A model generated the notes under the pieces. It was not told where the DNA came from, did no database searches, and saw only the letters and a program-made list of their open reading frames with translations. Shown here one piece after another: positions 46,799 to 56,169 of a stretch of 64,000 bases of DNA. The DNA is from Candidatus Omnitrophota bacterium (GTDB taxonomy: Bacteria > Omnitrophota > Omnitrophia > Omnitrophales > Aquincolibacteriaceae): positions 4,553-68,552 of the forward strand of contig JACPXM010000024.1 in the NCBI GenBank assembly GCA_016196545.1, read 5' to 3'. How positions within the stretch are numbered: position 1 is the stretch's first letter; every line of letters starts with the position of its first letter. The translations under genes were made by a program, and so were the position numbers.

Positions 46799-47530
46799 TC
46801 AGGCGGCTTGAAATTCTACGGCTAGTCCGAGCTGCTTTTTTCGCAATTCAATACGGTTGATTTTTCCATCCAGCTGATACTCTTCGGGGAAATTAGCGCT
46901 CGGGAACACATGAATCGATACCTTGAGTCCGGCTGGATTCACGAGGGCCTCGATTTTTTGAGCCGCTTCGAGGTCAATATATTCCGCAAAAAGCCCCCCC
47001 TCGCTGATATTGGTCGCAATGGCCCGCGTCTCAATAGGGGTTTTGCCGTTCTCTACGAATATTTTAAAGTCAATCGGAAGCGCCACGTGCATGCGTTTGC
47101 TACGCCGCCTCTCTACCTCATGGCCTGGATGAACACTGCCTTGTTTAGACGTCTCCATGGGAAAAGTTTTTTCTTTTTCTTTTTCCAAGAGAAAGGGACC
47201 TAAATCTTCCGCGACTTCCTTCTCGCTCTGGCAAATTTTTACATTGTGGGGCAAATAGGTACTCTCCAAAAAGGTTGTAACATTGCGCGAGGCGCCAAAA
47301 ATCAAACTTTTTTGAGGCCGTATGCAAGCCGCCAAAAGCTTTCTCACTCCCAAGGGATCCAAGGAAGGCAACCTTTGCAGGTTGAGAATGACCCTCTGAA
47401 GCCGATGCCGGCGTATATTGCGCTGGATTTTCCACGCAATTTCTTGGAGGGACTCTTGGGTGGGATCTCCCTCAAGATCAAAAACACACACACTCCCTAT
47501 TTCTCGGGTACTCACTTTTAATTTACTCAT
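46799..47530 (-). CDS. STAS-like domain / PilZ domain protein (c-di-GMP receptor)
   Basis: The N-terminal ~110 aa are STAS/anti-sigma-antagonist-like (VFDLEGD...VILNLQRLPSLDPLGVRKLL). The C-terminal PilZ domain has intact RRSKR (RxxxR) and NISEGG (D/NxSxxG) motifs. Confidence 0.75.
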   Translation of the reverse strand: MSKLKVSTREIGSVCVFDLEGDPTQESLQEIAWKIQRNIRRHRLQRVILNLQRLPSLDPLGVRKLLAACIRPQKSLIFGASRNVTTFLESTYLPHNVKICQSEKEVAEDLGPFLLEKEKEKTFPMETSKQGSVHPGHEVERRRSKRMHVALPIDFKIFVENGKTPIETRAIATNISEGGLFAEYIDLEAAQKIEALVNPAGLKVSIHVFPSANFPEEYQLDGKINRIELRKKQLGLAVEFQAA

Positions 47531-48278
47531 GAAGATGATTCCTTCCTTTCTCTAAAAGGCCCGTTTGGTCAACCCAATTTCCAATTTTAATTTTTGTCGT
47601 ATCATGCAATTCCATAAACTCGACTCCAACTCCCCCGCCACCGGCCGGCCGATGAATGACCTTTCCATCAAGCGAAAGAATTTCTCGAGTATTTAAAAAT
47701 AATTGCAACCGGACAATCTGAACATCTTGCACGTCGAGCTCGGCGAGTTGTTTCTCAGAACGCGATTCCACAAAGCGGGCATAAAGCCCGCCCTCGCTCA
47801 AATTCGTGACTACCGAAAAAAGGGAATGAGATTTTCCCTCTTCACTTTCATAGTTCAAAAATAAGGGCAGGGCGGTTTCAAGACGTCCGTACCTGCGTTT
47901 TTCGGTCCAGGGATGGGATTCGGTTTTGACCCACTGTGCGAATTCACGGGAAAATTGAAAGGCGCAGGCTTCCCATTTGTCCAAGATAGGGATTTTCTGG
48001 TTTTTATCTTCGAGACGGATGCTATCGGTAATATAATGATCGTGCGCCATAACCACGCATTGATCGGCTTTTTCCGCGAGGCGCAAAATAAGCTGAGTGC
48101 CATGGACGTCGATTTGGTAAAGCTCCTCGGTATTAAGGAGGATATGACGCGATTGATTTTTTTCGAGAATTTCGCGAATAGCACGGCCACATATAGGGGC
48201 AAAGTTTCCGGACAAATCTCCAATGAGTTCGAAGATTTCCACCACGCCAACCCTCTTATGGATCAGTTTGCTTTGCAT
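47523..48278 (-). CDS. STAS-like domain / PilZ domain protein (paralog)
   Basis: Same architecture as its neighbour: VEIFELIGDL...ILLNTEELYQIDVHGTQLIL, then PilZ RRYGR and NLSEGG motifs. It overlaps the downstream paralog by 8 nt. Confidence 0.75.
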   Translation of the reverse strand: MQSKLIHKRVGVVEIFELIGDLSGNFAPICGRAIREILEKNQSRHILLNTEELYQIDVHGTQLILRLAEKADQCVVMAHDHYITDSIRLEDKNQKIPILDKWEACAFQFSREFAQWVKTESHPWTEKRRYGRLETALPLFLNYESEEGKSHSLFSVVTNLSEGGLYARFVESRSEKQLAELDVQDVQIVRLQLFLNTREILSLDGKVIHRPAGGGGVGVEFMELHDTTKIKIGNWVDQTGLLEKGRNHLHE

Positions 48279-48423
48279 AGGTTATTTTCGACCTATTAAA
48301 AAGAGTACACGCAGAATAAAGAAATATCAAATTTCCGCTAACACTTTATAACTTCTTATAGCGGATAAAGATAGAGAATCCCCCCTCCAAGGCTTTAAAA
48401 TTCCCGAAGTCAAATAGGGGCTT

Positions 48424-49827
48424 TTATTCGTTATTTAAGAAAGGTGATTTCTTGTCTTTCGAAGGCGGGGATTGATTCGATTTTCGGGACCGACGTAATT
48501 GGTTCAATCTCTGAGAAAGTTCGGCCTCAAATCCAATAGGTTTGGGTTCATAATAGAGGTTCTTCGCTCCGAAGAATTGAGTGTCCTCGAGAGGATTCAC
48601 GTTGTGAGAATAAACATAGCCTTGACCATGACCAAGCTTCTTCGCACCGGAGTAACTTTTATCTTTTAACGGTGTCGGCACTTCCTGCATTTTCCCAGAT
48701 TCTACATCCCCAAGTGCGTTATCAATTGCAACGGTACTGGCATTGCTTTTAGGAGCAAGTGCCATATAAGTGACGAGTTGAGATAAAATCAGCCGTGCCT
48801 CAGGCAAACCGACAAATTCAATGGCCTGGAGCCCCGCCGAAGCTAAAATAAGGGCTTGGGGATCGGCATTTCCTATGTCCTCACTGGCAAGAATGAGAAT
48901 GCGCCGAAGGATAAAGCGCGGGTCTTCCCCGGCCTTTAGCATTTTCGCAAGCCAGTAAAGCGCAGCATCGGGATCAGAGCCGCGCATGCTTTTAATAAAG
49001 GCGCTTGCCGTATCATAGTGAGAGTCCCCCGCAGCATCATAATAAACCATTTTTCGCTGCGAAGATTCTTCCGCAACCTTCCTATCAAAAGGAATCACTC
49101 CCTGAGAATCGGGCGGTGTCGTTAAGACGCCAAGCTCCAAGGCCGTCAGGGCCTTGCGAGAATCACCGGCTGCCTGTTTTGCCAAATGAAGGAGCGACTC
49201 TTCTGTGATTTGAACTTTGAAATGTCCCAGTCCTCTTTCCTTATCCGAAAGCGCACGCCTCATTAAAAGGATAAGGTCACTTTCCTCCAAAGGTTTTAAT
49301 TCAAATACCGTGGATCGCGAGAGCAGAGGTCCCGTAATAACAAAAAAAGGATTCAACGTTGTCGCCCCGATCAGCGTAATCCAGCCTTCCTCGACTTCCG
49401 GCATTAAAATGTCCTGTTGAGCGCGGTTAAAGCGGTGTATTTCGTCCATAAATAGAAGGGTTTTCTGGCCGGTTTTCTGTTTGATTTCTTTAGAGGACTT
49501 TAAATGCTCGCGAATCTCCGCGACATTGGAGGCTACGGCATTCACCGGAATAAACCGTGATTTTGATTTTGACGCAATTAGTCGCGCCAACGTTGTCTTT
49601 CCCGAACCCGGAGGACCGTAAAAAATTAACGAAGTCCACCGGTCACTTTCATAAAGCCGTCTTAAAAGTTTTCCGGGATGAAGCAAATGAGCTTGCCCGG
49701 CGACTTCCTCCAAAGTTCGGGGGCGCATTTTTATGGGGAGGGGCGCACTCGGATTGATGGACTCCGAATTCTTCGGAGGAAAATCATCTTCAAAAAAAGA
49801 AGGGCCAAACGCCGCGATATTTTTCAT
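48424..49827 (-). CDS. rarA: Replication-associated recombination protein A (AAA+ ATPase)
   Basis: GPPGSGKTTLARLIA, LFMDEIHRFN, GATTLNP, and the MgsA C-terminal domain (HYDTASAFIKSMRGSDPDAALYWLAKML, EDIGNADP). Confidence 0.9.
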   Translation of the reverse strand: MKNIAAFGPSFFEDDFPPKNSESINPSAPLPIKMRPRTLEEVAGQAHLLHPGKLLRRLYESDRWTSLIFYGPPGSGKTTLARLIASKSKSRFIPVNAVASNVAEIREHLKSSKEIKQKTGQKTLLFMDEIHRFNRAQQDILMPEVEEGWITLIGATTLNPFFVITGPLLSRSTVFELKPLEESDLILLMRRALSDKERGLGHFKVQITEESLLHLAKQAAGDSRKALTALELGVLTTPPDSQGVIPFDRKVAEESSQRKMVYYDAAGDSHYDTASAFIKSMRGSDPDAALYWLAKMLKAGEDPRFILRRILILASEDIGNADPQALILASAGLQAIEFVGLPEARLILSQLVTYMALAPKSNASTVAIDNALGDVESGKMQEVPTPLKDKSYSGAKKLGHGQGYVYSHNVNPLEDTQFFGAKNLYYEPKPIGFEAELSQRLNQLRRSRKSNQSPPSKDKKSPFLNNE

Positions 49828-49846
49828 GCTTGAGGAATGGGTCTTT

Positions 49847-51901
49847 CTATTGAAACGTTGCTTGATATTTCAAGGCAAGCGAATTTGCGATTTTGTGGTG
49901 CAAACTTTGAATCTCTTCCGACAAGAGAGTACGTTCGTAAGATTGATACGTCAATCGATAAGCTAAATTTTTATGCCCTGGGGAAACCCTCCCCCCCCGA
50001 TAAAGATCAAAGAGTTCAATCTTTGTCAGAAGGGAACCTCCCAGTTTACGCATTTCTTCCTCGAGCTCCCCGGAAGGCACAGACTCCGGCACACAGATCG
50101 CCAAGTCTCGTTCCATGGCGGGAAATTTTGGAATCTCTCTCACCAAGGTCAATTTTTTTCCAAGGCTTGCTAATGCCTCTAGAAAAATTTCCGCGTAAAA
50201 TACTTCACCTTCAAAATCCCAATGTTTAATTTCCTGGGCCGATACTTCCCCCAAAATGCCTAAAGTTGTACCGTGGGTTTGGAGGGATTCGCTGTTGTGC
50301 GTCTTAAGCAACGGATGGGATGAACGTTCGTAGCAAATCTTCGGAATACCTAAAGACGCAAACAAATGCTCGAGTGTGCCTTTCAGATCATAGAAAGTGA
50401 CTTCTCTTTCGGCGTCAACCCAGTTTTTAAGGCTCCATTTTCCCGCGAGTGCAAGGCCGAGGACTCGCTTTTCGGAGGCTAGCGAAGGACGAACTGGCTT
50501 CTGATAAAGATTGGAAAGTTCATAAAGCAATACCTGTTTAGAGCCGAAATCCACATTCCGCTTAATGACTTGGAGAAAACTCGGAAGAAACGTGGGACGC
50601 ATCCAACATAAATCCTTATTTTGAGGATTCTGAACGGAAATGGCCTTGTTTAAAATTTCGGGGTTGGCTAAATAATTTTTTGAAATAAGGCTAACGGTGA
50701 TGGTTTCATGAAACCCTATCCCGCACAAGACCTGACGGGCGCGGGTCTCCAAATCTTGGGCAAATGAGTCTTGATCCAAAAGCGGAGGTCGGCTGGGCAA
50801 AGATTCGGGTATTTTTTCATAGCCATAGATCCGTGCAACTTCTTCGACTAAATCAACCGGAGCGGAAACATCGCCGCGGTAGGACGGAAGGGTTATCCGC
50901 CACGCGCCCTTGGAAATACGCTTTATTTGAAATCCTAATCTTGTCAGGATGTTTAAAACATTCTTTTCAGGAATTTTAAATCCTAGAATCCCTTCGAGCT
51001 CTTTGGCGCTAAGCTTTAAATTCCGGACTTTAACTCCCGGTTTTTTTCCGGCACGAATCACAGGCCCCACGGTCTCGGGACACGCATAATGGCAAATAAG
51101 ATCAACGGCCCTCTGGCGGGAAAAATCCACACCTTGGGGGTCAACGCGTCTTTCGAAACGATAAGACGAGTCACTCGAGAGACCCAGCCGGCGTGATGTC
51201 CTTCGAATAAAACGAGGGTTAAAAAATGCGGATTCTAGAAAAATGTTTTTCGTCTCAGAATCAATTTCGGATTCCTTCCCTCCCATCACACCGCCTAAAG
51301 CGCAAGGATTTTCCGTATCACTAATCACGATATCTTCGGGATAAAGTTCATAATGATTTTCATTGATCGCAGCGAATTTTTCCTGAGGTTTTGCCCGGCG
51401 AACAACAATTTTATTTCCCTTAAGCCGGTCGGCATCAAAGGCATGAAGGGGCTGACCGGTCTCAAGCAAAACATAATTGGTAATATCCACAATGAAATTG
51501 ATGGGTCGAAGTCCGCAAGCCTCGAGTCTCTTTCGTATTAAAACCGGAGTCTCGACTTGTTTGATTCCTCCCAAATAAATTCCCGTATAATAGGGACATC
51601 CCTCCCTGTCTTGAATCTGAAGGGTCCATTTCGGAGCTATTTTCGAAGAAGCTCTCTTTTTGATTTGTGGGAGCTTTAATTTTTGATGGCAAACCGCGGC
51701 AATTTCACGTGCTACACCGATATGGGACAACCAATCCGGACGGTTGCTGGTAATCTCCGTTTCGAAAACTTTATCCTGGAGATCAGCTCTTTCCTCGATT
51801 TTTTTTACTTCGAGCCCCGCCAGGGTAAGTTTTTCAGCCATCGCAGCACCGTCTCCGCGGAATGAAACATAATCGTGGAGCCAATCAAGACTGACTTTCA
51901 T
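49847..51901 (-). CDS. pheT: Phenylalanine--tRNA ligase beta subunit (short form)
   Basis: The [13 protein letters not shown]-terminus, B3/4 and B5 regions and a C-terminal ferredoxin-fold anticodon-binding domain are present. At 684 aa it appears to lack the N-proximal OB-fold tRNA-binding insert of about 795-aa PheT proteins. It overlaps pheS by 4 nt. Confidence 0.85.
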   Translation of the reverse strand: MKVSLDWLHDYVSFRGDGAAMAEKLTLAGLEVKKIEERADLQDKVFETEITSNRPDWLSHIGVAREIAAVCHQKLKLPQIKKRASSKIAPKWTLQIQDREGCPYYTGIYLGGIKQVETPVLIRKRLEACGLRPINFIVDITNYVLLETGQPLHAFDADRLKGNKIVVRRAKPQEKFAAINENHYELYPEDIVISDTENPCALGGVMGGKESEIDSETKNIFLESAFFNPRFIRRTSRRLGLSSDSSYRFERRVDPQGVDFSRQRAVDLICHYACPETVGPVIRAGKKPGVKVRNLKLSAKELEGILGFKIPEKNVLNILTRLGFQIKRISKGAWRITLPSYRGDVSAPVDLVEEVARIYGYEKIPESLPSRPPLLDQDSFAQDLETRARQVLCGIGFHETITVSLISKNYLANPEILNKAISVQNPQNKDLCWMRPTFLPSFLQVIKRNVDFGSKQVLLYELSNLYQKPVRPSLASEKRVLGLALAGKWSLKNWVDAEREVTFYDLKGTLEHLFASLGIPKICYERSSHPLLKTHNSESLQTHGTTLGILGEVSAQEIKHWDFEGEVFYAEIFLEALASLGKKLTLVREIPKFPAMERDLAICVPESVPSGELEEEMRKLGGSLLTKIELFDLYRGGRVSPGHKNLAYRLTYQSYERTLLSEEIQSLHHKIANSLALKYQATFQ

Positions 51902-52884
51902 GAAAATTGTCTCAGAAATCTTAAATCATTTTCATAGAAAAGACGAATGTCTGGAATGCCATGTCGAATCATGGCCATGCGTTCCACACCCAGGCCAAAC
52001 GCAAACCCCTTTATCTTTTGAGTAGAATAACCCACGGCCTTAAAGACATTGGGATGAACACAACCCGCACCCAAAATTTCCAGCCATCCTTTGCCCCAGC
52101 GAATATCCACTTCCACACTCGGTTCCGTGAACGGAAAATAATGGGGCCGGAATCGCACCGCCGTTTTAGAACCAAAAAGTTCTCGTAAAAAAAGCTTCAA
52201 AATGCCTTTTAAATCTCCAAAGGTCGTTTCTTGATCCACCATGAGGCCTTCAATTTGATGAAACATAAAGGAATGACTGGCGTCTACGGCGTCTGGCCGA
52301 TAAACCCGTCCTGGGGCAATGATACTCAGAGGGGGTTTGCGGGATTGCATGATACGAATCTGGACGGTTGAAGTCTGGGAACGAAGCAATCGGCCATCAT
52401 CCACATAAAAGGTGTCAAAGGCATCCCGTGAGGGATGATCCAGCGGAATATTCAGGGCTGTAAAATTATGATATTCAGTTTCAATTTCTGGCCCTTGAAC
52501 CGTCTCAAAACCCAAACGGACAAACAACTTTGATATTTCCTGAATGGTTTGGGTAATGGGGTGGATTGAACCTTGCCTGGGTCGTAGAGGAGGTAATGTG
52601 GGATCATAAGGAATCGACCCGGTTTGGGCAGGCCCCGAGGTCTGCTTGCCTTTGAGTTCAGAGAGCGAAGATTCAATCAAACGCTTTAGGTCATTGACGG
52701 CCTTTCCATAGTCTTTCTTTGCTTCGCCGGAAAGCTCTTTAATTCTTTCCATGAGTAAAGAAAGCTTTCCTTTCTTACCCAAATAAGCAATACGAAAGGC
52801 CTCAAGTTCCTGGGGATTGTGAATCTTTTCTAAATCACCCTTTGCCTGATCCTGGACATTTTGAACTGAAGATAAATCACTCAT
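51898..52884 (-). CDS. pheS: Phenylalanine--tRNA ligase alpha subunit
   Basis: Class II motifs [17 protein letters not shown] and [13 protein letters not shown]. Confidence 0.95.
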   Translation of the reverse strand: MSDLSSVQNVQDQAKGDLEKIHNPQELEAFRIAYLGKKGKLSLLMERIKELSGEAKKDYGKAVNDLKRLIESSLSELKGKQTSGPAQTGSIPYDPTLPPLRPRQGSIHPITQTIQEISKLFVRLGFETVQGPEIETEYHNFTALNIPLDHPSRDAFDTFYVDDGRLLRSQTSTVQIRIMQSRKPPLSIIAPGRVYRPDAVDASHSFMFHQIEGLMVDQETTFGDLKGILKLFLRELFGSKTAVRFRPHYFPFTEPSVEVDIRWGKGWLEILGAGCVHPNVFKAVGYSTQKIKGFAFGLGVERMAMIRHGIPDIRLFYENDLRFLRQFS

Positions 52885-53228
52885 TTACCCGCTAATTCCA
52901 CGAGCTTTTTGAAAGCCGCTTCGTCACGAACTGCTAATTCGGCGAGGGCCTTGCGGTCCAGTTGAATTTTTGCCCGCTTAAGGCCTGCGATAAAACGCGA
53001 ATACGTCATGCCATTCATACGGCAGGCAGCGTTAATCCTAAGGGTCCAGAGGCTGCGAAATTGGCGTTTTCTCTGTCTTCGGTCCCGGGTGGCAAACGCC
53101 ATGGCCCTTTGCACCGTCTCCTTGGCAGTCCGGAAAAGCTTGCGACGGCCCTGAAAGAAGCCCTTGGCCCTTTTCAAAACCTTGCGTCGCCTACGGCGCG
53201 ATGCGGGATTGTTGGTCGCTCTTGGCAT
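52881..53228 (-). CDS. rplT: 50S ribosomal protein L20
   Basis: [28 protein letters not shown]... is the typical bL20 N-terminus. 115 aa. Confidence 0.95.
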   Translation of the reverse strand: MPRATNNPASRRRRRKVLKRAKGFFQGRRKLFRTAKETVQRAMAFATRDRRQRKRQFRSLWTLRINAACRMNGMTYSRFIAGLKRAKIQLDRKALAELAVRDEAAFKKLVELAGK

Positions 53229-53263
53229 AAATACTCCTTTTTTTTCTTCCGATAAATCCGATC

Positions 53264-53470
53264 TTAACGATCGTAAGGCAAAAGATGCTGAATACGCTTG
53301 CGATCAGTTGGATCTACCGCGGTCCAGCCGCGTGCCTGTCTTTTTTTCTTAGAAGAGCGGTCCGTTAAAAGATGCCGGCGCAGTGTCTGCGTCGAAAGCA
53401 CTTTTCCGTTTTTTGTAATTCGGAATCTTTTTTTAACGGCCTTATTGGTTTTCATTTTTATTTTTTTCAT
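53264..53470 (-). CDS. rpmI: 50S ribosomal protein L35
   Basis: [19 protein letters not shown]...[14 protein letters not shown] is the bL35 pattern. The real start may be the internal Met at 53455. Confidence 0.9.
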   Translation of the reverse strand: MKKIKMKTNKAVKKRFRITKNGKVLSTQTLRRHLLTDRSSKKKRQARGWTAVDPTDRKRIQHLLPYDR

Positions 53471-54045
53471 GATGGCATTTCCTTTTCCGTTCTGGGTTTC
53501 GCGGCCGAAGCAGCTACTTTTTTCTGCCCCAATCGGGCAATGAAATAAAGATGCAGCGCGTTCCCCTCAAGACCTTCATTGCGCTCCAATTCTGCGACAT
53601 CGGAAATATCCTGCGAAAATCGACTGACAATGCGCTCTCCTAAATCGAAGTGGGTAATTTCCCTTCCGCGGAAAAACAAAGTCAGTTTCACTTTGTCGCC
53701 GCGTTCAATGAATTTGCGTGCATTACGAAGCTTGGTTTGATAATCATGCTCCTCGATTTTACAGGTCATCTTGACTTCCTTCACGTCGATGACCTTCTGC
53801 TTCTTGCGGGCTTCCTTTTCCTTTTTTTCCAAAGAGTAAAGGTACTTTCCCAAATCAAGAATTCGACAAACCGGCGGGCGCACCTGAGCCGCTACCTCCA
53901 CCAAGTCCAACCCTTCTTCTTGAGCTCTCCTCAACCCCTCCTTAATGGGAACAATACCAATTTGTTCCCCTTTCGAATTAATCAAGCGAATTTGAGGAGA
54001 CCTGATTTGCTCATTCGCCCTGACTTTTCTTGAATCTGTTGACAA
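53467..54045 (-). CDS. infC: Translation initiation factor IF-3
   Basis: NEQIRSPQIRLINSKGEQIGIV...AQEEGLDLVEV..PPVCRILD is the IF3 N-domain, followed by the C-domain. The start codon is TTG at 54045-54043, with a GGAGG Shine-Dalgarno sequence 4 nt upstream. Confidence 0.9.
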   Translation of the reverse strand: MSTDSRKVRANEQIRSPQIRLINSKGEQIGIVPIKEGLRRAQEEGLDLVEVAAQVRPPVCRILDLGKYLYSLEKKEKEARKKQKVIDVKEVKMTCKIEEHDYQTKLRNARKFIERGDKVKLTLFFRGREITHFDLGERIVSRFSQDISDVAELERNEGLEGNALHLYFIARLGQKKVAASAAKPRTEKEMPS

Positions 54046-54068
54046 TGAACCTCCGTTGTTTTTTTAGG

Positions 54069-55805
54069 TTAAGACCGATTTTGAATTTCCTGCTTAAGAT
54101 TCTCAATCACCGTATTCAGAGCTTGAGGTCCCAAATCTTGCTTGCCGCGTTTTCGCACGGCGACCTGATTCGTTGCGGCTTCCCGATCGCCAATCACGAA
54201 AATGTAGGGGATTTTTTGAAGCTCTGCCTCTCGAATTTTGTGGCCGATTTTTTCATCGCTCAGATCGCTATCGGCACGAATTCCGGAGGACTGAAGGAAG
54301 GCCATGACTTTCTCGGCGGCCTGAAGCTGTTTTTCTGAAATCGTCGTGACTCGGACTTGAACCGGCGAAAGCCATAAGGGAAAGGCACCGGCATAATGTT
54401 CGACCAAGACCCCATAAAATCTCTCCACCGAGCCAAAGACCGCACGGTGCACCATCACCGGACGCCTAAATTTGTTATCTCGGGCAACATATTCCAAATT
54501 AAATCTCTCCGGCATTTGAAAATCAAGTTGAATGGTGCCACATTGCCAATCCCGTCCGATGGAATCGGTGATTTCAAAATCGATTTTGGGGCCATAAAAG
54601 GCACCGCCTCCTTGGTGAACCGCAAATTCAATTTTATTATTTTGAAGCGCCCTTTGCAAAGCTTCGATGGCCTTTTGCCAGATTTCATCGGAGCCCATGG
54701 AATCCTTGGGTCGTGTGGAGAGGCTGATATTCACTTCTTGAAATCCAAAGGTTTTGTAGACCCTCAAAATCAGCGCAATGCACTTTGAAATTTCAGTCTC
54801 AATTTGTTCTTCCGTACAAAAAACATGAGCATCATCAATGGTAAAGGCATTCACGCGAAAAAGACCGTGCATCACACCGGATAATTCCCGGCGATGGACC
54901 AAACCTAATTCCGCAAGCTTCCAGGGAAGCTCACGGTAAGAGCGCTGGGCTGAGCGGTAAACCAAAGTACTTCCCGGGCAATTCATGGGTTTTACCGCAT
55001 AACTGCCATCCGCCACTTTCGAAAAAAACATATTTTCTTTATAGTGATCGTAGTGCCCGCTCTGATGCCAAAGCTCATCTTTCAAAAGCACGGGGGTTTT
55101 TATTTCCTGATACCCTTCTTTAAGATGCTCCTCTCGCCAAAATGAGATGAGCTGATCATACAAAATCATCCCCTTCGGATGATAAAAGGGCATTCCCGGA
55201 GCTTCTTGATGAAAACTGAAAAGGTCAAGTTGCTTGCCAAGCTTGCGATGATCCCGCCTTTTCGCCTCTTCAAGACGGTTTAAATAGCCGTCGAGCTCCT
55301 TTGGAGTGAAGAAGGCCGTCCCATAAATTCTTTGAAGCATGGGGTTGCGTTCGCTTCCCCTCCAATAAGCCCCCGCAACCGAGAGGAGTTTAAAGGCAAC
55401 GGCTTCCTCGGTATTATGAATATGATTTCCGCGACAAAGATCAATAAAGGAACCGTTTTGGACGAATGTGATTTCTCCATCTTTCAGTTCGCTTAAGATT
55501 TCAAGCTTATAATGCTCTTCACGCTTTTTAAAAAACTCTTCAGCCTCGGATTTGCTTACAGGGCGCTGTTGAAATTCTTGGCGTTGGCCAACAATTTCCT
55601 GCATTTTTTGCTCCAAACGCCGCAAATCGTCTTCCGTGAATGCCTCGCGGCGGTCAAAATCATAATAGAAGCCATCTTTAATGGCAGGTCCTATCGCTAA
55701 TTTTGTCCCGGGGAATAAGGCTAATACGGCCTGGGCGAGAATATGAGCACAAGAATGCCGAAGTCGCGTGAGCGCTTCTTGGCTGGAGCTAACCATACTT
55801 TGCAA
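54069..55805 (-). CDS. thrS: Threonine--tRNA ligase (no TGS domain)
   Basis: It starts directly in the second-additional/editing domain (LRHSCAHILAQAV), followed by the class II core and an anticodon-binding domain. The 578-aa length and the 95-nt upstream gap leave no room for an N-terminal TGS domain. Confidence 0.9.
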   Translation of the reverse strand: MQSMVSSSQEALTRLRHSCAHILAQAVLALFPGTKLAIGPAIKDGFYYDFDRREAFTEDDLRRLEQKMQEIVGQRQEFQQRPVSKSEAEEFFKKREEHYKLEILSELKDGEITFVQNGSFIDLCRGNHIHNTEEAVAFKLLSVAGAYWRGSERNPMLQRIYGTAFFTPKELDGYLNRLEEAKRRDHRKLGKQLDLFSFHQEAPGMPFYHPKGMILYDQLISFWREEHLKEGYQEIKTPVLLKDELWHQSGHYDHYKENMFFSKVADGSYAVKPMNCPGSTLVYRSAQRSYRELPWKLAELGLVHRRELSGVMHGLFRVNAFTIDDAHVFCTEEQIETEISKCIALILRVYKTFGFQEVNISLSTRPKDSMGSDEIWQKAIEALQRALQNNKIEFAVHQGGGAFYGPKIDFEITDSIGRDWQCGTIQLDFQMPERFNLEYVARDNKFRRPVMVHRAVFGSVERFYGVLVEHYAGAFPLWLSPVQVRVTTISEKQLQAAEKVMAFLQSSGIRADSDLSDEKIGHKIREAELQKIPYIFVIGDREAATNQVAVRKRGKQDLGPQALNTVIENLKQEIQNRS

Positions 55806-55900
55806 CGTACGTTTTCCGATCTCCTTCCAAAATCAAGACTTAGAATGGGGTATCATACACATTCACCCCTTTTCTGGCAACTGATTTGATAGGGGGAGTA

Positions 55901-55996
55901 CTACTTTTTGGTTTTGGACTTTAATTTGATTTTCAGCCGTTTCAGGCGGGCACTTCTTCTTTTTCTTTTAAGGCGCTTCTTATGGTCCCTGCTCAT
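55901..55996 (-). CDS. 31-aa highly basic peptide, possibly a bS22-like small ribosomal protein
   Basis: Hand-translated ORF not in the track: MSRDHKKRLKRKRRSARLKRLKIKLKSKTKK. An AAGGAAG Shine-Dalgarno sequence lies about 6 nt before the ATG. The ORF is 95 nt upstream of thrS at the head of the translation-gene block. Its composition and H-K-K-R-L-K-R-K-R-R core recall actinobacterial/Bacteroidota bS22, from memory only. Confidence 0.35.
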   Translation of the reverse strand: MSRDHKKRLKRKRRSARLKRLKIKLKSKTKK

Positions 55997-56169
55997 GAGA
56001 TCTTCCTTTCAAACTCAAAGTGAGCCCTAGAGATATCACAGGTTTCGCCTTATTTCAACTCTTTTCATGGACACTGGTTAGAGGAATTTCAGAGCGACTA
56101 AGATTTCTTCAAAAAAAGGTGTTTGAAATTCATCAAATTGCCGATTATCTTTAATACTATACGAGGTCC

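Noticed and set aside
48336-48365. 10-11-nt match (acactttata) to the IS left inverted repeat, inside a weak hairpin downstream of rarA. It raised the question of a MITE or solo IR.
   Set aside because: A 10-mer match is expected by chance at roughly 0.1 per 64 kb on both strands. The similarity does not extend further and there is no second IR.
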